The translations under genes were made by a program, and so were the position numbers. Under the pieces are notes generated by a model, which ran no database searches, was not told the origin of the DNA, and saw only the letters and a list, made by a program, of their open reading frames with translations. A stretch of 46,001 bases of DNA from a virus (taxonomy: Duplodnaviria > Caudoviricetes), in IMG/VR virus record IMGVR_UViG_3300012971_000899, positions 1 to 46,001 of that record. The stretch is one strand, 5' to 3'. Positions 7,814 through 18,185 of this stretch are shown here, piece by piece; the first letter of the stretch is position 1; the number at the start of each line of letters is the position of its first letter.

Positions 7814-9792
7814 CCACCGCCGAGATCCCGGGTCTGCAGGGGCTGGAGTTTGCCCGCCTGGGCAAAGCCGCCTCCAAGGAGAAGGGCTTCCTGGCGGACT
7901 TCCTGGAGCGCGCCGACGCGCGGCTGGTGCCGTTCACCCAGATCACGCCCGAGGAGCGGCTGCGCGTTTTCGGCGAACTGAACTATCGGCCGCACGGGCT
8001 GTACGTGCCCGAGGACCACGACGCGCGGCTGGATCTGTTCGCGCGGGCGCGCGAGTGCGGCAGCCTGGCGCTGCCCGACGCGCGGCTGCGCGCGTACTTC
8101 GCGCTGCAAGACGAGACGGCGCAGTGGGAGCGGGACGGCGTCGTAGGCCACTGGATCGGCCAGCAGGCGCTGGCGCGCTCGCGCGCCCGCTTCCGCATCG
8201 TGGCCTGGGGACGGCGCGGCGGCAAGACCACCCACGCGGCGATGGAGGCCGTGGCTGCCGCGTACAACCGCCCCCGCGCCTGGATCTGGCTCGCCGCGCC
8301 GACGATGAAGCTTGTATCACGCGGCTTCGACAAAGTCATCGAGACGATCCGCGACCTGGGCCTGCAGACGCGCATGCTGCGCGACTCGGTGCAGGAGAAG
8401 CTGGTCGTGCTCGACAACGGGGCGCGTCTGGAAGGCATCTCGCTGGACAACATCTGGTCCGCTGCTGGCGCGGCCATCGACCTGGCGATCATCGACGAAG
8501 CGGCGCAGGTCACTCCCGAGGCGTGGACGCGCGCCATTCTGCCGCCGCTGACTGACCGCAACGGGCAGGCGCTACTGATCTCCTCGTGGGAAGGTGAGGG
8601 CGACTTTTTCCATACCAAAGCCCTGGATGCGCGTGCGGAGATGTCCAGCCACGGCACTGAGGCCAGTTGGGAACTCTTCCAGGACGCGAGCTACGACATC
8701 AACTTCTTCGCTTTTCCGCAGGGGCGACATACCCCGGCACTCGTACAGGCGCAGAAGGAGATGGACCCCATCGAGTTCCTCGAACAGTTCGGCGGCATCC
8801 CGGCAAGCGCTCGTGATCGGGTCTTTCCGGAGTTCAAGGAGAAGGTCCACGTAGGGGACTGCCCGTTCAATCCGGAGTTGCCGATCACTCTGGCGGTTGA
8901 TCCCAGCGGCGGCTCCAATCCCTATGCGGTACTCGTTATCCAGACCTATCCAGACCACCACGAGATCATCGACGAGTTCTACCAGACGCATGTATCGACG
9001 GAGGAAATCATCCCCCAGCTTGTGCAGCGCCCCTGGTGTGACGCCGAACGGATCAGCAGCGAAGACGCGCTGATGCCACGCTTCGAAGTGCGCAACGTGA
9101 CGGATGTGATCGTTGACAGCGCCCAACCCGAGGAGATGCGCCGCTGGGAAAAGATGGGCTTCCCTGCCTACAGCGTACCGGAGAAGCCTGAAATCTGGGA
9201 GCGGCTGCCACTCGCCCGGAATGTGCTCAGGGATCCGGTACGGTTCTACTACTTCTACCGCAAACGGATCAATCTGGTGCTGGCGGAAATGGGGCTGCAG
9301 CCCGATACGGACTACATTCTCCCGCCCGAGGAGCAGCGCGCGCTCCTCATCCAGGTCGAGGAATCGCTGGCCGACGACAAGCTGTCGGGGGAAACGCTCA
9401 ATTGGCTCAGGTCGTGTGCGCATGTGCAGGTTGACCGCCACTGTACGGCGACCATCCTGGAGTTCAAGAGCTACACGTACAACAAACGTCGGAACCTGAA
9501 CGTCAACTTCCAGGAGAAGCCCAAGGACTGGATGAATCACTCTATGGACGCCTGGGGCTACTACATGTGGACGATGCACCGCTTCGACAACGAGGAGGCA
9601 CCCATCTCGTACAACTACCTGGAAGCCATCGTCAGCGCGGGTGAAGAAGAGGTAGACCGGCGCCAGGTGGGCCTCGACCAGGCCACGCCGCCGCAGGGTA
9701 CGCCACAGGCGCGCATGCGCACCTTCCTGGAGGACGTCCGCCCGCCCGAGGTAGACAGGCTGGCCGCGTATAGCTATCTTGCGAGTGCCTGA
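7810..9792 (+). CDS. terL: Terminase large subunit (660 aa)
   Basis: Walker A WGRRGGKT, Walker B LAIIDEAA, coupling motif LISS, nuclease AVDPSGG ... NHSMDAWGY. Confidence 0.95.
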   Translation: MTTAEIPGLQGLEFARLGKAASKEKGFLADFLERADARLVPFTQITPEERLRVFGELNYRPHGLYVPEDHDARLDLFARARECGSLALPDARLRAYFALQDETAQWERDGVVGHWIGQQALARSRARFRIVAWGRRGGKTTHAAMEAVAAAYNRPRAWIWLAAPTMKLVSRGFDKVIETIRDLGLQTRMLRDSVQEKLVVLDNGARLEGISLDNIWSAAGAAIDLAIIDEAAQVTPEAWTRAILPPLTDRNGQALLISSWEGEGDFFHTKALDARAEMSSHGTEASWELFQDASYDINFFAFPQGRHTPALVQAQKEMDPIEFLEQFGGIPASARDRVFPEFKEKVHVGDCPFNPELPITLAVDPSGGSNPYAVLVIQTYPDHHEIIDEFYQTHVSTEEIIPQLVQRPWCDAERISSEDALMPRFEVRNVTDVIVDSAQPEEMRRWEKMGFPAYSVPEKPEIWERLPLARNVLRDPVRFYYFYRKRINLVLAEMGLQPDTDYILPPEEQRALLIQVEESLADDKLSGETLNWLRSCAHVQVDRHCTATILEFKSYTYNKRRNLNVNFQEKPKDWMNHSMDAWGYYMWTMHRFDNEEAPISYNYLEAIVSAGEEEVDRRQVGLDQATPPQGTPQARMRTFLEDVRPPEVDRLAAYSYLASA

Positions 9793-11753
9793 TGCCTGAC
9801 TTCCGCATCGACGAGATGCCCACCTTCAACGACATGCGCTACTGGGCGGACCACCTGCAGGCGGAGTGGGGGGATCTCGATCAGGAGCAGGAGGCCGAGG
9901 CCGACCTGTACTTCCAGGCGTTCGACGTCGAGAGCCCTGGCGGCCGCCTGGCGGTCAAGACGGGCAGCGCGCCGTCGGATGCCGACGCGGCCATCGACAG
10001 CCTGGTGCCGCCGGACGTGTCCGTGCACGTGCGGCCTGCCCGCGCCCGCGAGAAGTATCGCCAGCAGGCCGACAAGCTGACGCGCTTCGGCAAGGCGATG
10101 ATCTACTCCTGGCGGCGGCGCAAGGACTTCGTGCGCCAGATCGCAACGGACATGGTCATCCAGCGTGTCGGCGTCGGGCGGGTCATGGTAGACCGCACGC
10201 TATGGCCCGAAAAACCTGGCGACTTGCGCAGATCGCACGAGCCGCCCGCGCGCGCCGCCGACGAATCACAGGAAGCCTACGACGCGCGCGTCGCGGCGTT
10301 CGAAGAAGACAACGAGGAGGACGCCTGGGAGGTTCGGCATCGGCGTAAGAACCCGATCATCTGGCAGCGCCGCGACCCGCGCATCGTCAGGTGGCGCGAA
10401 TCGGACGAGGGCGAACTGCTGGTCGTCGTGGAGCACTACGAGACGACCGTCATCGAAGCCCAGGCGGCCTGGCTGAAGCTGTACCCGGAAGGTGTCCGGG
10501 ACGCCACGCGCGGGCTGATGCCGGACGAGAAGGTCTGGGTGGACGACGTCTGGCGCGGGCGCTGGCGGTGCCTGATCATGAACGACATCCCGTTGTTTCC
10601 GGTCGGCGGCGAAGGCGAATACAGGGGTGTGGTGGACCACGGTTACCCGGAGATTCCGTACCTGATCGCGCCGTTTAGAGAACTGACGTTCGACGACATG
10701 GAGCGGCGCTATCGCGGCATGCTGACCAACGCGGCTGGGCTGTACCCCATCGAGTCGAACGTGCTCACCATGCAGGTGTGGATGCTGGCCATCAACGCCT
10801 GGCGCACGTACCTGGGGTGGACGAAAGATGGCCGAGAAATCCAGATCCGACCCGGACAGTACATCCCCATGGACCAGCGCATCGGCGAGTACCTGCAGAT
10901 GCTTGAAGGTCAGCCTGTCCCCGATGAGCTTCTACGCACCACAGCGGTCATGGACTCTTACATTCAGCGCAACGGAGTGGCGCAGGGTCCTCGCAGCGCT
11001 GAAGGCACACGCTCCGCTCAACAGCTATGGGCGGTGCAGTCGATGCGGACGCTCAAGATAGAGAGCGCCAAGGACGCCCTGACGCGGCTGCTGGAGCGCT
11101 CGCTCGAACTGGCCTCCATGCAGCTTGAACTGATGCTGGGCGACAAGCTCACCCTGCCTGTGCCAGGCAAGACCAAGGACGGCGAGGACATGGGCGAGGT
11201 GACCGTCAAGCCAGAGGACATCGACGGCTACTGGGAGGGCTTCGAGATCTCGCTGGGGCGCCGCCTCGACCCCGCGCTGTTGGAGCAGTGGAAGGCGCTG
11301 CAGGCGCTGCAGGCGAACAAGTGGATCCCACACCGCCAGTCCATCGAGTTGAGCGGCGCGACCGACAACCCGCAGGAGTGGCTGGACGAACTGGTGCGCG
11401 AGGCCGTGGACAGCCTGCCGTTCGTGATCGAGCAGGTCGGGCTGGAGCGCGTCAAGAACTGGTTCGGCGAGGACAGCGAGCGCTTCATCGCGCTCAGCCA
11501 GAAGCTGTTGGCCCAGCAGCAGGCGCAAACTTCCCCCCTCGCGCCTCAAGGCGGGACCATACAGCCACCGGCTGCGGGGGGCCCGTCGGGCGGTGGAGTG
11601 GCTCTCCCGGCCCAGTCTCCGCTGGGACAGCCCCCGCAGCGCCCGCCTGGCAACGACCTGGCGGCGGCCACGCGCTCGCGTCAGGCGCGCGCGACGGGCT
11701 CGCCGCAGCGGGCCATGCCTGCTGGACAGGGCGGCATGCGACCCATAGGCTAG
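9792..11753 (+). CDS. Portal protein (653 aa)
   Basis: Directly follows TerL; size, helical core, DMVIQRVGV motif, Pro/Gln-rich C-terminal tail. Confidence 0.85.
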   Translation: MPDFRIDEMPTFNDMRYWADHLQAEWGDLDQEQEAEADLYFQAFDVESPGGRLAVKTGSAPSDADAAIDSLVPPDVSVHVRPARAREKYRQQADKLTRFGKAMIYSWRRRKDFVRQIATDMVIQRVGVGRVMVDRTLWPEKPGDLRRSHEPPARAADESQEAYDARVAAFEEDNEEDAWEVRHRRKNPIIWQRRDPRIVRWRESDEGELLVVVEHYETTVIEAQAAWLKLYPEGVRDATRGLMPDEKVWVDDVWRGRWRCLIMNDIPLFPVGGEGEYRGVVDHGYPEIPYLIAPFRELTFDDMERRYRGMLTNAAGLYPIESNVLTMQVWMLAINAWRTYLGWTKDGREIQIRPGQYIPMDQRIGEYLQMLEGQPVPDELLRTTAVMDSYIQRNGVAQGPRSAEGTRSAQQLWAVQSMRTLKIESAKDALTRLLERSLELASMQLELMLGDKLTLPVPGKTKDGEDMGEVTVKPEDIDGYWEGFEISLGRRLDPALLEQWKALQALQANKWIPHRQSIELSGATDNPQEWLDELVREAVDSLPFVIEQVGLERVKNWFGEDSERFIALSQKLLAQQQAQTSPLAPQGGTIQPPAAGGPSGGGVALPAQSPLGQPPQRPPGNDLAAATRSRQARATGSPQRAMPAGQGGMRPIG

Positions 11754-11757
11754 CCGC

Positions 11758-12336
11758 ATGGCAATGGATCCGATGGCGTTCATGCGCGCGGCCCGTCCGA
11801 ATCTGGATCCGGAGTCGATGCGCGCGGCCAGCCAGACCATTCAGGCCCCCGACGGCAGCGTCCGCAGTGTGGACGACCTGGCGACGACGCCCGCCTCGCC
11901 AGGCTATCGCTCCAAGATGCCGCCGCCGCCGTGCTTCAAATGCGGTGAAGATCACCAGCCGAATCATCGCTACGACCACCCGTGGATGCAGGAGCCCCAC
12001 GTGATCAGCGCCGACCCCCAGGTGCACCAGACGATTGACCGCATCCGCCAGGAGGGTGCCCTCGAACATGGCCACCAACCGTACGTGAACGGCGAGTACA
12101 CCGAGATGCCCGCCGAGCTACGTGCGCAGATCAAGGCGTCGCTGCGCGTGGCGGTGTACGTGGGACGCAACGACCAGTTCGTTGTCGCCGTGGAGAGCGC
12201 GCCTGATTGGGACTCTACCGAGACGTTCAAGGTTCAGGAGCCTGAACTACTGGCAATGGTCAAGATGGTGCGGGCGCTGGGCATCAAGGTGGTGGACAAG
12301 ACGGGCGGCGACCTGGCCGCGCTGGAGGTGGGCTAG
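11758..12336 (+). CDS. Hypothetical protein with CxxC...H...H zinc-knuckle-like motif (192 aa)
   Basis: CFKCGEDHQPNHRYDH. Confidence 0.7.
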   Translation: MAMDPMAFMRAARPNLDPESMRAASQTIQAPDGSVRSVDDLATTPASPGYRSKMPPPPCFKCGEDHQPNHRYDHPWMQEPHVISADPQVHQTIDRIRQEGALEHGHQPYVNGEYTEMPAELRAQIKASLRVAVYVGRNDQFVVAVESAPDWDSTETFKVQEPELLAMVKMVRALGIKVVDKTGGDLAALEVG

Positions 12337-12572
12337 TGCCTGGCAATCTGCGCAAGATCATGGGTGAGGTGCCGCGCGCGCTCGTGCTCATGGACAAGGA
12401 GCCCCGCGAAGAGAAGCTGCCGCTCGGTACGAAGCTCGTCTCGGAGCCCGAGCAGATGCGGCGGCTGGAGCCGCTGATGGGGCTGATCGCGCGCGGCGAC
12501 GTGCCGCTCGACGAGACGGCGGCCCGCGCGGTCGCGCAGTACGCCAGTGGGTTCCACAAGCGTGCTCGATAA
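12336..12572 (+). CDS. Hypothetical protein (78 aa)
   Basis: GGAGG RBS, TAGTG overlap. Confidence 0.7.
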   Translation: MPGNLRKIMGEVPRALVLMDKEPREEKLPLGTKLVSEPEQMRRLEPLMGLIARGDVPLDETAARAVAQYASGFHKRAR

Positions 12573-12909
12573 GTTCGAGCGCCGCTTCGCGCAGAAAATG
12601 GACGACTACCGCGCCGCCGCGCGAGCAGCGCGTGAGACACGCCACGCGGACGATGAGGCGCATCTTCACCCCTCGCGAGGAGGGACCGGCGATGCGCACG
12701 TGGATCACCTGGCCGAACTGGGTACCATTGAGCCCGGCAGTGCCGAGTGGCGAGCGAAGTATCTGGTGGGGTCCGCCGCGCCCGAACCCGTCATCGAGCA
12801 CATCGGCCCCATCGGACCCGAAGGCTTCGGCGTCATCCGACGCGTTGACGGCGTCACCGGCGCTGAAATAGACACGCCCAGGATCTATCTGTCCGGAGGG
12901 AATGCCTGA
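12547..12909 (+). CDS. Hypothetical protein (about 120 aa)
   Basis: Fills the gap; stop overlaps ATG 12909. Confidence 0.6.
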   Translation: MGSTSVLDKFERRFAQKMDDYRAAARAARETRHADDEAHLHPSRGGTGDAHVDHLAELGTIEPGSAEWRAKYLVGSAAPEPVIEHIGPIGPEGFGVIRRVDGVTGAEIDTPRIYLSGGNA

Positions 12910-15900
12910 TGTGGGTGCCGGCAGGCCAGCACGCGAACACGAATCGCTGGCGCTACGACATGGCCAAGCAGTTGTTCATGCCGCCCGGCACGCCAGGCCA
13001 GCCCAAAGGCATCCAGGTCGAGATGCCGATGAACTACACGGGCGCCGAGCCGCGCGGCTTCCACATGGTGGCCAGCCCCGCTGGGACCCAGGCGCCCATC
13101 GAGCACATCAACTACACGCCCGCGACGGGTGAGGTGCACGGGCGCGGCGTAGCCGCGCCGCCGAACCTGCTCAACTACACGCTGCTGCCCGCCGAGGCGC
13201 TGCAGGTGCAGGACACGCCCGCGATGGCGTACTTCGGCGCGGGCCAGGGGCAGGGCTCCAGCCCTGCGATGGGCGCGGGCGCGGTGGGCGCGCTCGACGC
13301 CATGGGGCCCGCCAACGTGCAGCCGTTCGCGGGCACCCCGCCGCTGGCCAACTCGCCGAACATGCTGGGCCCCAGCCCGACGACCAACCGCGCCGCGCCG
13401 CAGTGGGGCGGCGGCGGGACGCCGTTCGCCTCGCGGATGGGCATGGGCGCCGACGGCGAAGAGGACACGTCCGTGTTCACCAGCGCCGACACCCAGACGG
13501 TGGGTGGGGCCACAGGACCCGCGCAGGGACCCGCGCCCGTGGCGGGCAACCCGCAGGGCAACGCGCCGAAGGACCCGCGCCAGCAGGCGTACTGGCCCAA
13601 GGAGCCCGTCCGCGACGCCCGAGGCGTCCCGACGGGAGTGTGGGCGCCCGTGGAGATCGGCCAGACGGTGCCGCTGTACGACGACACGACCGTCCCGCCC
13701 AGGCAGGTCGGCTTCAAGGTGCTCGACAGCATGGGCCCCGACCTGATCGAGCCGAAGTGGTCCACGCACTTCAACGCGGATCCCGCCTCGCTCAAGCCGG
13801 AGTACCACTTCAACGACGACGGATCGGTGGACGTGCTCGATCCGCGCCAGACCGACCCGTCCAAGGTCATCACGCGCGTCAAGGACCCGAGCCCCGAGAT
13901 GCTGGCTGCCGCGAACGCGGATCGGCAACTCAAGATCGCGCAGGCCAAGACGGCGCAGGCCAAGGGCGACACTGCCGTGCAGTTGGCGCAGGCCGAACTG
14001 CAGACCGCGCAGTCGAACGCGGCGGCGGCCGCGTCGCAGGCCCAGGAGGCCGCTATCAAGGCGGGCCAGGCGGGTCAACCCCCCAAGCCGACGCCCAGCG
14101 CGGAGATCGTGGACCGTTCCGGACAGGTATACGTCTACAACCCGGATACGCAGCACTACGATCCGACCGGGTTGTTCAAGCAGGCCGGCAACTGGACGAC
14201 GTACACCGACCCCAAAACGCAGACAACTCGGCTGTATAACCCGGACACCAAGGAAGACGTCGAGCTTGCGCCGTTGGACCCGTACAAGGAGTACCCGCCT
14301 CAGAAGGGCGCCAATGGCGCGTGGATCCAGTGGGACCCGACTACCAAGAACTTCAAGAAGGTCTACCAGGAGGACCCAAACTGGGAGACGCAGTGGTCAG
14401 GCGACCAGTTGATCCGCGTCAACAAGCAGAGCGGCCAGGTGCAAAAGATCTGGCAGAAGACGCCGACGCAGGCCGAAGATGACGCCCACACGACCGCTAT
14501 CGACAACCACAACAGGGCGCTGATCGACATCGAAAAGACCAAGCAGGATCTGCAAGTCGGCAAGATCACGGCGGCGGACGCGCGCATTCGGATGGAAAAC
14601 ACCATCCAGACGCTGCTGCATCCGATGCCGACCATCAGCGGCGGCACGATGCTGATCCCCGCTGGCGTGACCGTGAACTCCGAGACGTTCGACCCCTTCA
14701 CGGGCAAGACAGGCCACATCTCCACGTCGGGTGGGCCCGTCGATCCGCGCATCCAGCAGGCCATCGACGAAGCCACCCAGATGATGCAGGGCTTCAACCT
14801 GAACCAGGGCGATACGTCTCAGACTCCGCCGCCGTCTGCTCAGGGCGGGCTGGGCCGCACGCCAGGCGGGAGCCTGACCGCCGACACGAGCCAGATGAGC
14901 GGCGGCGTGGGCGAGCAGCTTACCGACCAGGGCCAGAGCCAGACCCAGAGCCAGAGCCAGAACGCGAATGTGCCAGGCTGGCCAGGCCGCGACGCGCGCC
15001 TCTCGGGCAACGCCCAGCCGCCGACGACGCGCACCGTCCAGGAGGGCGGCGCGACGTACCTCGTCACCTACGACTCGGGCGGCAACGAGGTCTCGCGGCG
15101 CAACATCTCGACCGCCAGCAACCAGCCGACGGACCAGGCGCAGGGGGGCGATACGGACCGCACCGCCGTCGAGGGCGAGAGCCAGGACACGTATTTCGAT
15201 CCCGTCACGGGCAAGCGCGTGCCCATCGGCACGGGCAACCAGATGGGTGCGGGCATGGCGGCGGGCACCACGGGCTGGACGCCGCGTCCAGGCATGGTCA
15301 ACCCTGCCACGGGGCCAGGCTTCCTGGGCGCGGGCCAGGGCGAAGACCTGGACGCGGGCGAAGGCGGCGGCGAGCAGGAGCAGTACTACGACGCGAACGG
15401 CAACCCCGTGTGGGAGCCGAACGACATCCGCCAGGCCAAGTTCCGCAAGGGCTTCGAGGCGGCGCAGGAGGCCAACCGCGCAACCACGCGTGTGGACTAC
15501 CGTCCAGGCGAGGAGATGCTGCGCAGCGCCGAACTGGAGATTCCCATCTACGACCCGCGCAACCCCGCCATGCAGGAGGTCGCGAACCCTGGCTTTCACG
15601 ACAACCCCGACGAACTGATCTACCTGCGCCACCACAACCCGGCCGACCCGCAGGCGGGCGGCGGTCAGTTCACTTCGGGCACCGAGCAGCCCGAGATCGG
15701 CGACCCGAACGACACCAGCTTCGACTGGCCGTACTTCGACCTGAAGCGCCTCGCGGGCGGCAAGATCGGCAACGATCCCGAATACGCGGGCTGGCTGATG
15801 GGGCGGCGCAACAACATCAACAACGCACAGGAAACGCCGCTGAATCTGGGCCCCGACGTCAACACGGGCCCCAACGTGCAGACACCTGGACACGCGATCA

Positions 15901-17432
15901 ATACGGGCCCGCAGGCGCCGACGCCGCCAAACATCACCACGCTGCCGCTGCCTATCGCGGGGGGCCACATGCCGGGCCCACAGGTCCAGTTGCCCAACGT
16001 GAGCGACCAGGGGGCGCAGTGGGTGAAGGACCTGGGCGGTGTGGTCAAGCATAAGGTCAACGAGGGCCTGGGCGAGATCATGGGCTGGCCGACGCTGGAA
16101 GAGGCGCCCAAGCACCCGCTCGACCCGAACACGTACTACGGCTCGCAGGGCGGCCACGACGTGCCCGAGGTGAACTATCTCAACCCGCAAACGCCAGGGC
16201 GCACTGAGCCGCCGATGGAGCCCACTGACATCGACGAGGGCCAGCAGGCGTACGGCCTCAAGTCGGCGGAGCACAACCTGCCAGGTCAGCCAGCGGCGGG
16301 CATGACGCCCGAGGACATGCAGGACATCCAGCAGAACCAGGGCCTGGGCAGCGTGTACAATCGCAGCGGCGCGCCGACCGATCCGACCGCCGAGCAGATC
16401 CAGGCGCTGTACCGCAAGCTGACGAACCCGACGGGCACGGGCCAGGAGGAGGCGCCCGACCCGCTGGCCGACGCGCGCGCCGCCAGCCCCTGGCGGCCGT
16501 GGGGGCCGAGCCCGGAGACGGTCCTGGGCACGCTGGGGCGAACGGGTGGCAACGTGGGCGACATGTCGGCGGCCATGCGCAGGATGCGCTTCAGCGACAT
16601 CACGCCAGGCGCGCTGGGCACGGGTCAGGCGCCCGCGCCAGGTACAATGCCGCCGTCTGTTTCGTCTCCATCGGACCAGACCCCTCCTCAAGGGCCAGGA
16701 TCGAGTGGGCAGCCCCTTCCACAGTGGCTGCTCACTCTCCTGCGGAACCATCCCGAATTGCTACAGATGGCGGGACTGGGTGGCGGCGCGCAGCCCAGTG
16801 CGGGCTGGACCCCGCCTGGCGTTGGGACAGGGCAAGAAGGACCCCCCTCTACACCTCCGGGAGTGGGCGCCCCCAGCCCTGGCGGTGGGCCGATGATCCC
16901 GCCTGTTGACCCGTCCAACGTGGCGGGCATCGGCCATCGCTTCGGTCAGCCGATGAACGTCGGCGAGCCGCAGCACAGCGGTGTGGATCTGCAGGCGCCC
17001 GAGGGCACGCCTACCCAGAGCCCTGTGGACGGCTACGTGCAGCGCGTGGAGAACAACCCTGGCGGGCTGGGCCTCACGGTCATCATTCGCGGCATGGACG
17101 GCAGCGAGCACCGGCTGGGCCACCTGAAGGAGACCGACGCGTACGCGGGCATGCAGGTCAAGATGGGCCAGGACCTGGGGTCCCCCGTTGGTGACACGGG
17201 CATGACCACGGGCGCGCACCTGCACTGGGGCGTGCGCGATCAGGGCGGCCAGCCCAGCGACCCGACCGCCGCGCTGGGTAGCATGGCGTCGATGCCGCCG
17301 GTGCCAGGCACGGAGATGATGGGCCCGCCAGGCGGGGTGGGGGGCACGGCTCAAACGGGCCAGCCGCAGATGCCCCCATCCCCGATGGGCGGCGGTCAGG
17401 AAAGGGGACGGGTCGGATGGCGACGCAGGTAA
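12909..17432 (+). CDS. Large internal virion/ejection protein with C-terminal M23 metallopeptidase (1507 aa)
   Basis: GGAGGG RBS; HSGVD...GHL...GAHLHWG M23 motifs at about 16930-17240; long disordered and coiled-coil segments. Confidence 0.85.
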   Translation: MWVPAGQHANTNRWRYDMAKQLFMPPGTPGQPKGIQVEMPMNYTGAEPRGFHMVASPAGTQAPIEHINYTPATGEVHGRGVAAPPNLLNYTLLPAEALQVQDTPAMAYFGAGQGQGSSPAMGAGAVGALDAMGPANVQPFAGTPPLANSPNMLGPSPTTNRAAPQWGGGGTPFASRMGMGADGEEDTSVFTSADTQTVGGATGPAQGPAPVAGNPQGNAPKDPRQQAYWPKEPVRDARGVPTGVWAPVEIGQTVPLYDDTTVPPRQVGFKVLDSMGPDLIEPKWSTHFNADPASLKPEYHFNDDGSVDVLDPRQTDPSKVITRVKDPSPEMLAAANADRQLKIAQAKTAQAKGDTAVQLAQAELQTAQSNAAAAASQAQEAAIKAGQAGQPPKPTPSAEIVDRSGQVYVYNPDTQHYDPTGLFKQAGNWTTYTDPKTQTTRLYNPDTKEDVELAPLDPYKEYPPQKGANGAWIQWDPTTKNFKKVYQEDPNWETQWSGDQLIRVNKQSGQVQKIWQKTPTQAEDDAHTTAIDNHNRALIDIEKTKQDLQVGKITAADARIRMENTIQTLLHPMPTISGGTMLIPAGVTVNSETFDPFTGKTGHISTSGGPVDPRIQQAIDEATQMMQGFNLNQGDTSQTPPPSAQGGLGRTPGGSLTADTSQMSGGVGEQLTDQGQSQTQSQSQNANVPGWPGRDARLSGNAQPPTTRTVQEGGATYLVTYDSGGNEVSRRNISTASNQPTDQAQGGDTDRTAVEGESQDTYFDPVTGKRVPIGTGNQMGAGMAAGTTGWTPRPGMVNPATGPGFLGAGQGEDLDAGEGGGEQEQYYDANGNPVWEPNDIRQAKFRKGFEAAQEANRATTRVDYRPGEEMLRSAELEIPIYDPRNPAMQEVANPGFHDNPDELIYLRHHNPADPQAGGGQFTSGTEQPEIGDPNDTSFDWPYFDLKRLAGGKIGNDPEYAGWLMGRRNNINNAQETPLNLGPDVNTGPNVQTPGHAINTGPQAPTPPNITTLPLPIAGGHMPGPQVQLPNVSDQGAQWVKDLGGVVKHKVNEGLGEIMGWPTLEEAPKHPLDPNTYYGSQGGHDVPEVNYLNPQTPGRTEPPMEPTDIDEGQQAYGLKSAEHNLPGQPAAGMTPEDMQDIQQNQGLGSVYNRSGAPTDPTAEQIQALYRKLTNPTGTGQEEAPDPLADARAASPWRPWGPSPETVLGTLGRTGGNVGDMSAAMRRMRFSDITPGALGTGQAPAPGTMPPSVSSPSDQTPPQGPGSSGQPLPQWLLTLLRNHPELLQMAGLGGGAQPSAGWTPPGVGTGQEGPPSTPPGVGAPSPGGGPMIPPVDPSNVAGIGHRFGQPMNVGEPQHSGVDLQAPEGTPTQSPVDGYVQRVENNPGGLGLTVIIRGMDGSEHRLGHLKETDAYAGMQVKMGQDLGSPVGDTGMTTGAHLHWGVRDQGGQPSDPTAALGSMASMPPVPGTEMMGPPGGVGGTAQTGQPQMPPSPMGGGQERGRVGWRRR

Positions 17433-18185
17433 AGCCGCGACCCAAGGCGGGCTGGGCGCCGCGCAAGCGCCAGCGTATGGGCGCGGGCGAGGGGGTCGAT
17501 CCCGGCGGTGTGCTGTACGATCCGCCGCAGGGGCAGCCCAAGAGCGGCCAGCTACCCACGCCGATGCCGCCGCCCATTGATCCAGGCGGCGTGATCTACG
17601 AGCCACAGCCGCCACAGCCGCAGGCTGCGCCACTCGACACGAGCCAGTACCCGCCGGGCACGGTGGTGCGCACGGCCGACAACCAGTTCGGTGTAGTCAA
17701 CGCCAGCGGTCTGATCGAGCGCGGCGACGCTGCCTGGCCCGCGATCTACGCCGCGATCCAGCGCAACAGCGGCATCCTGACCATAACGCCCGAGCAGTTC
17801 TCGGGCTCCCTGGCGCCCAAGCCCGTGCCGCAGATGCCTGCGGGCAGCCTCCGCGACCCCGGTTTTGTGCCGCCCGGAAGTTTCACTCCGCCGCCGCCCG
17901 CTGCGGGGCCCATGCCGCAGCCCATCGACCCGTACAACCAGCCTGGCTACCAGCCGCCGCCTGTCAGCGCGCTGCCGCCGCTTGTGCCGCCCAACGTGCC
18001 CAAGCCCGACAATCCGCCGCCGCAGCAGGGACCCGAACTGACTCCTCAGGGGGCCGCGCCGCAGGCCGCCGCCGACGCCAACAGTGTGGGCTCGCAGATG
18101 AGCGCGGCCCTGAGCGGCGCGCAGGGGGGCGCCGCGCCGCCGAGTACCAGCGGTGGCGCGACGCCCAGTGCGGGCTGGACCCCGC
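16793..18185 (+). repeat. Exact 23-bp direct repeat GCCCAGTGCGGGCTGGACCCCGC in two different genes
   Basis: Copies at 16793-16815 and 18163-18185, both encoding PSAGWTP. Confidence 0.85.

Noticed and set aside
7810-9792. Inteins in TerL
   Set aside because: Insertions are too short and lack a C/S start and HN-C/S/T end
16643-16648. TACAAT as an internal promoter
   Set aside because: No matching -35 or extended -10, and it lies inside a coding region
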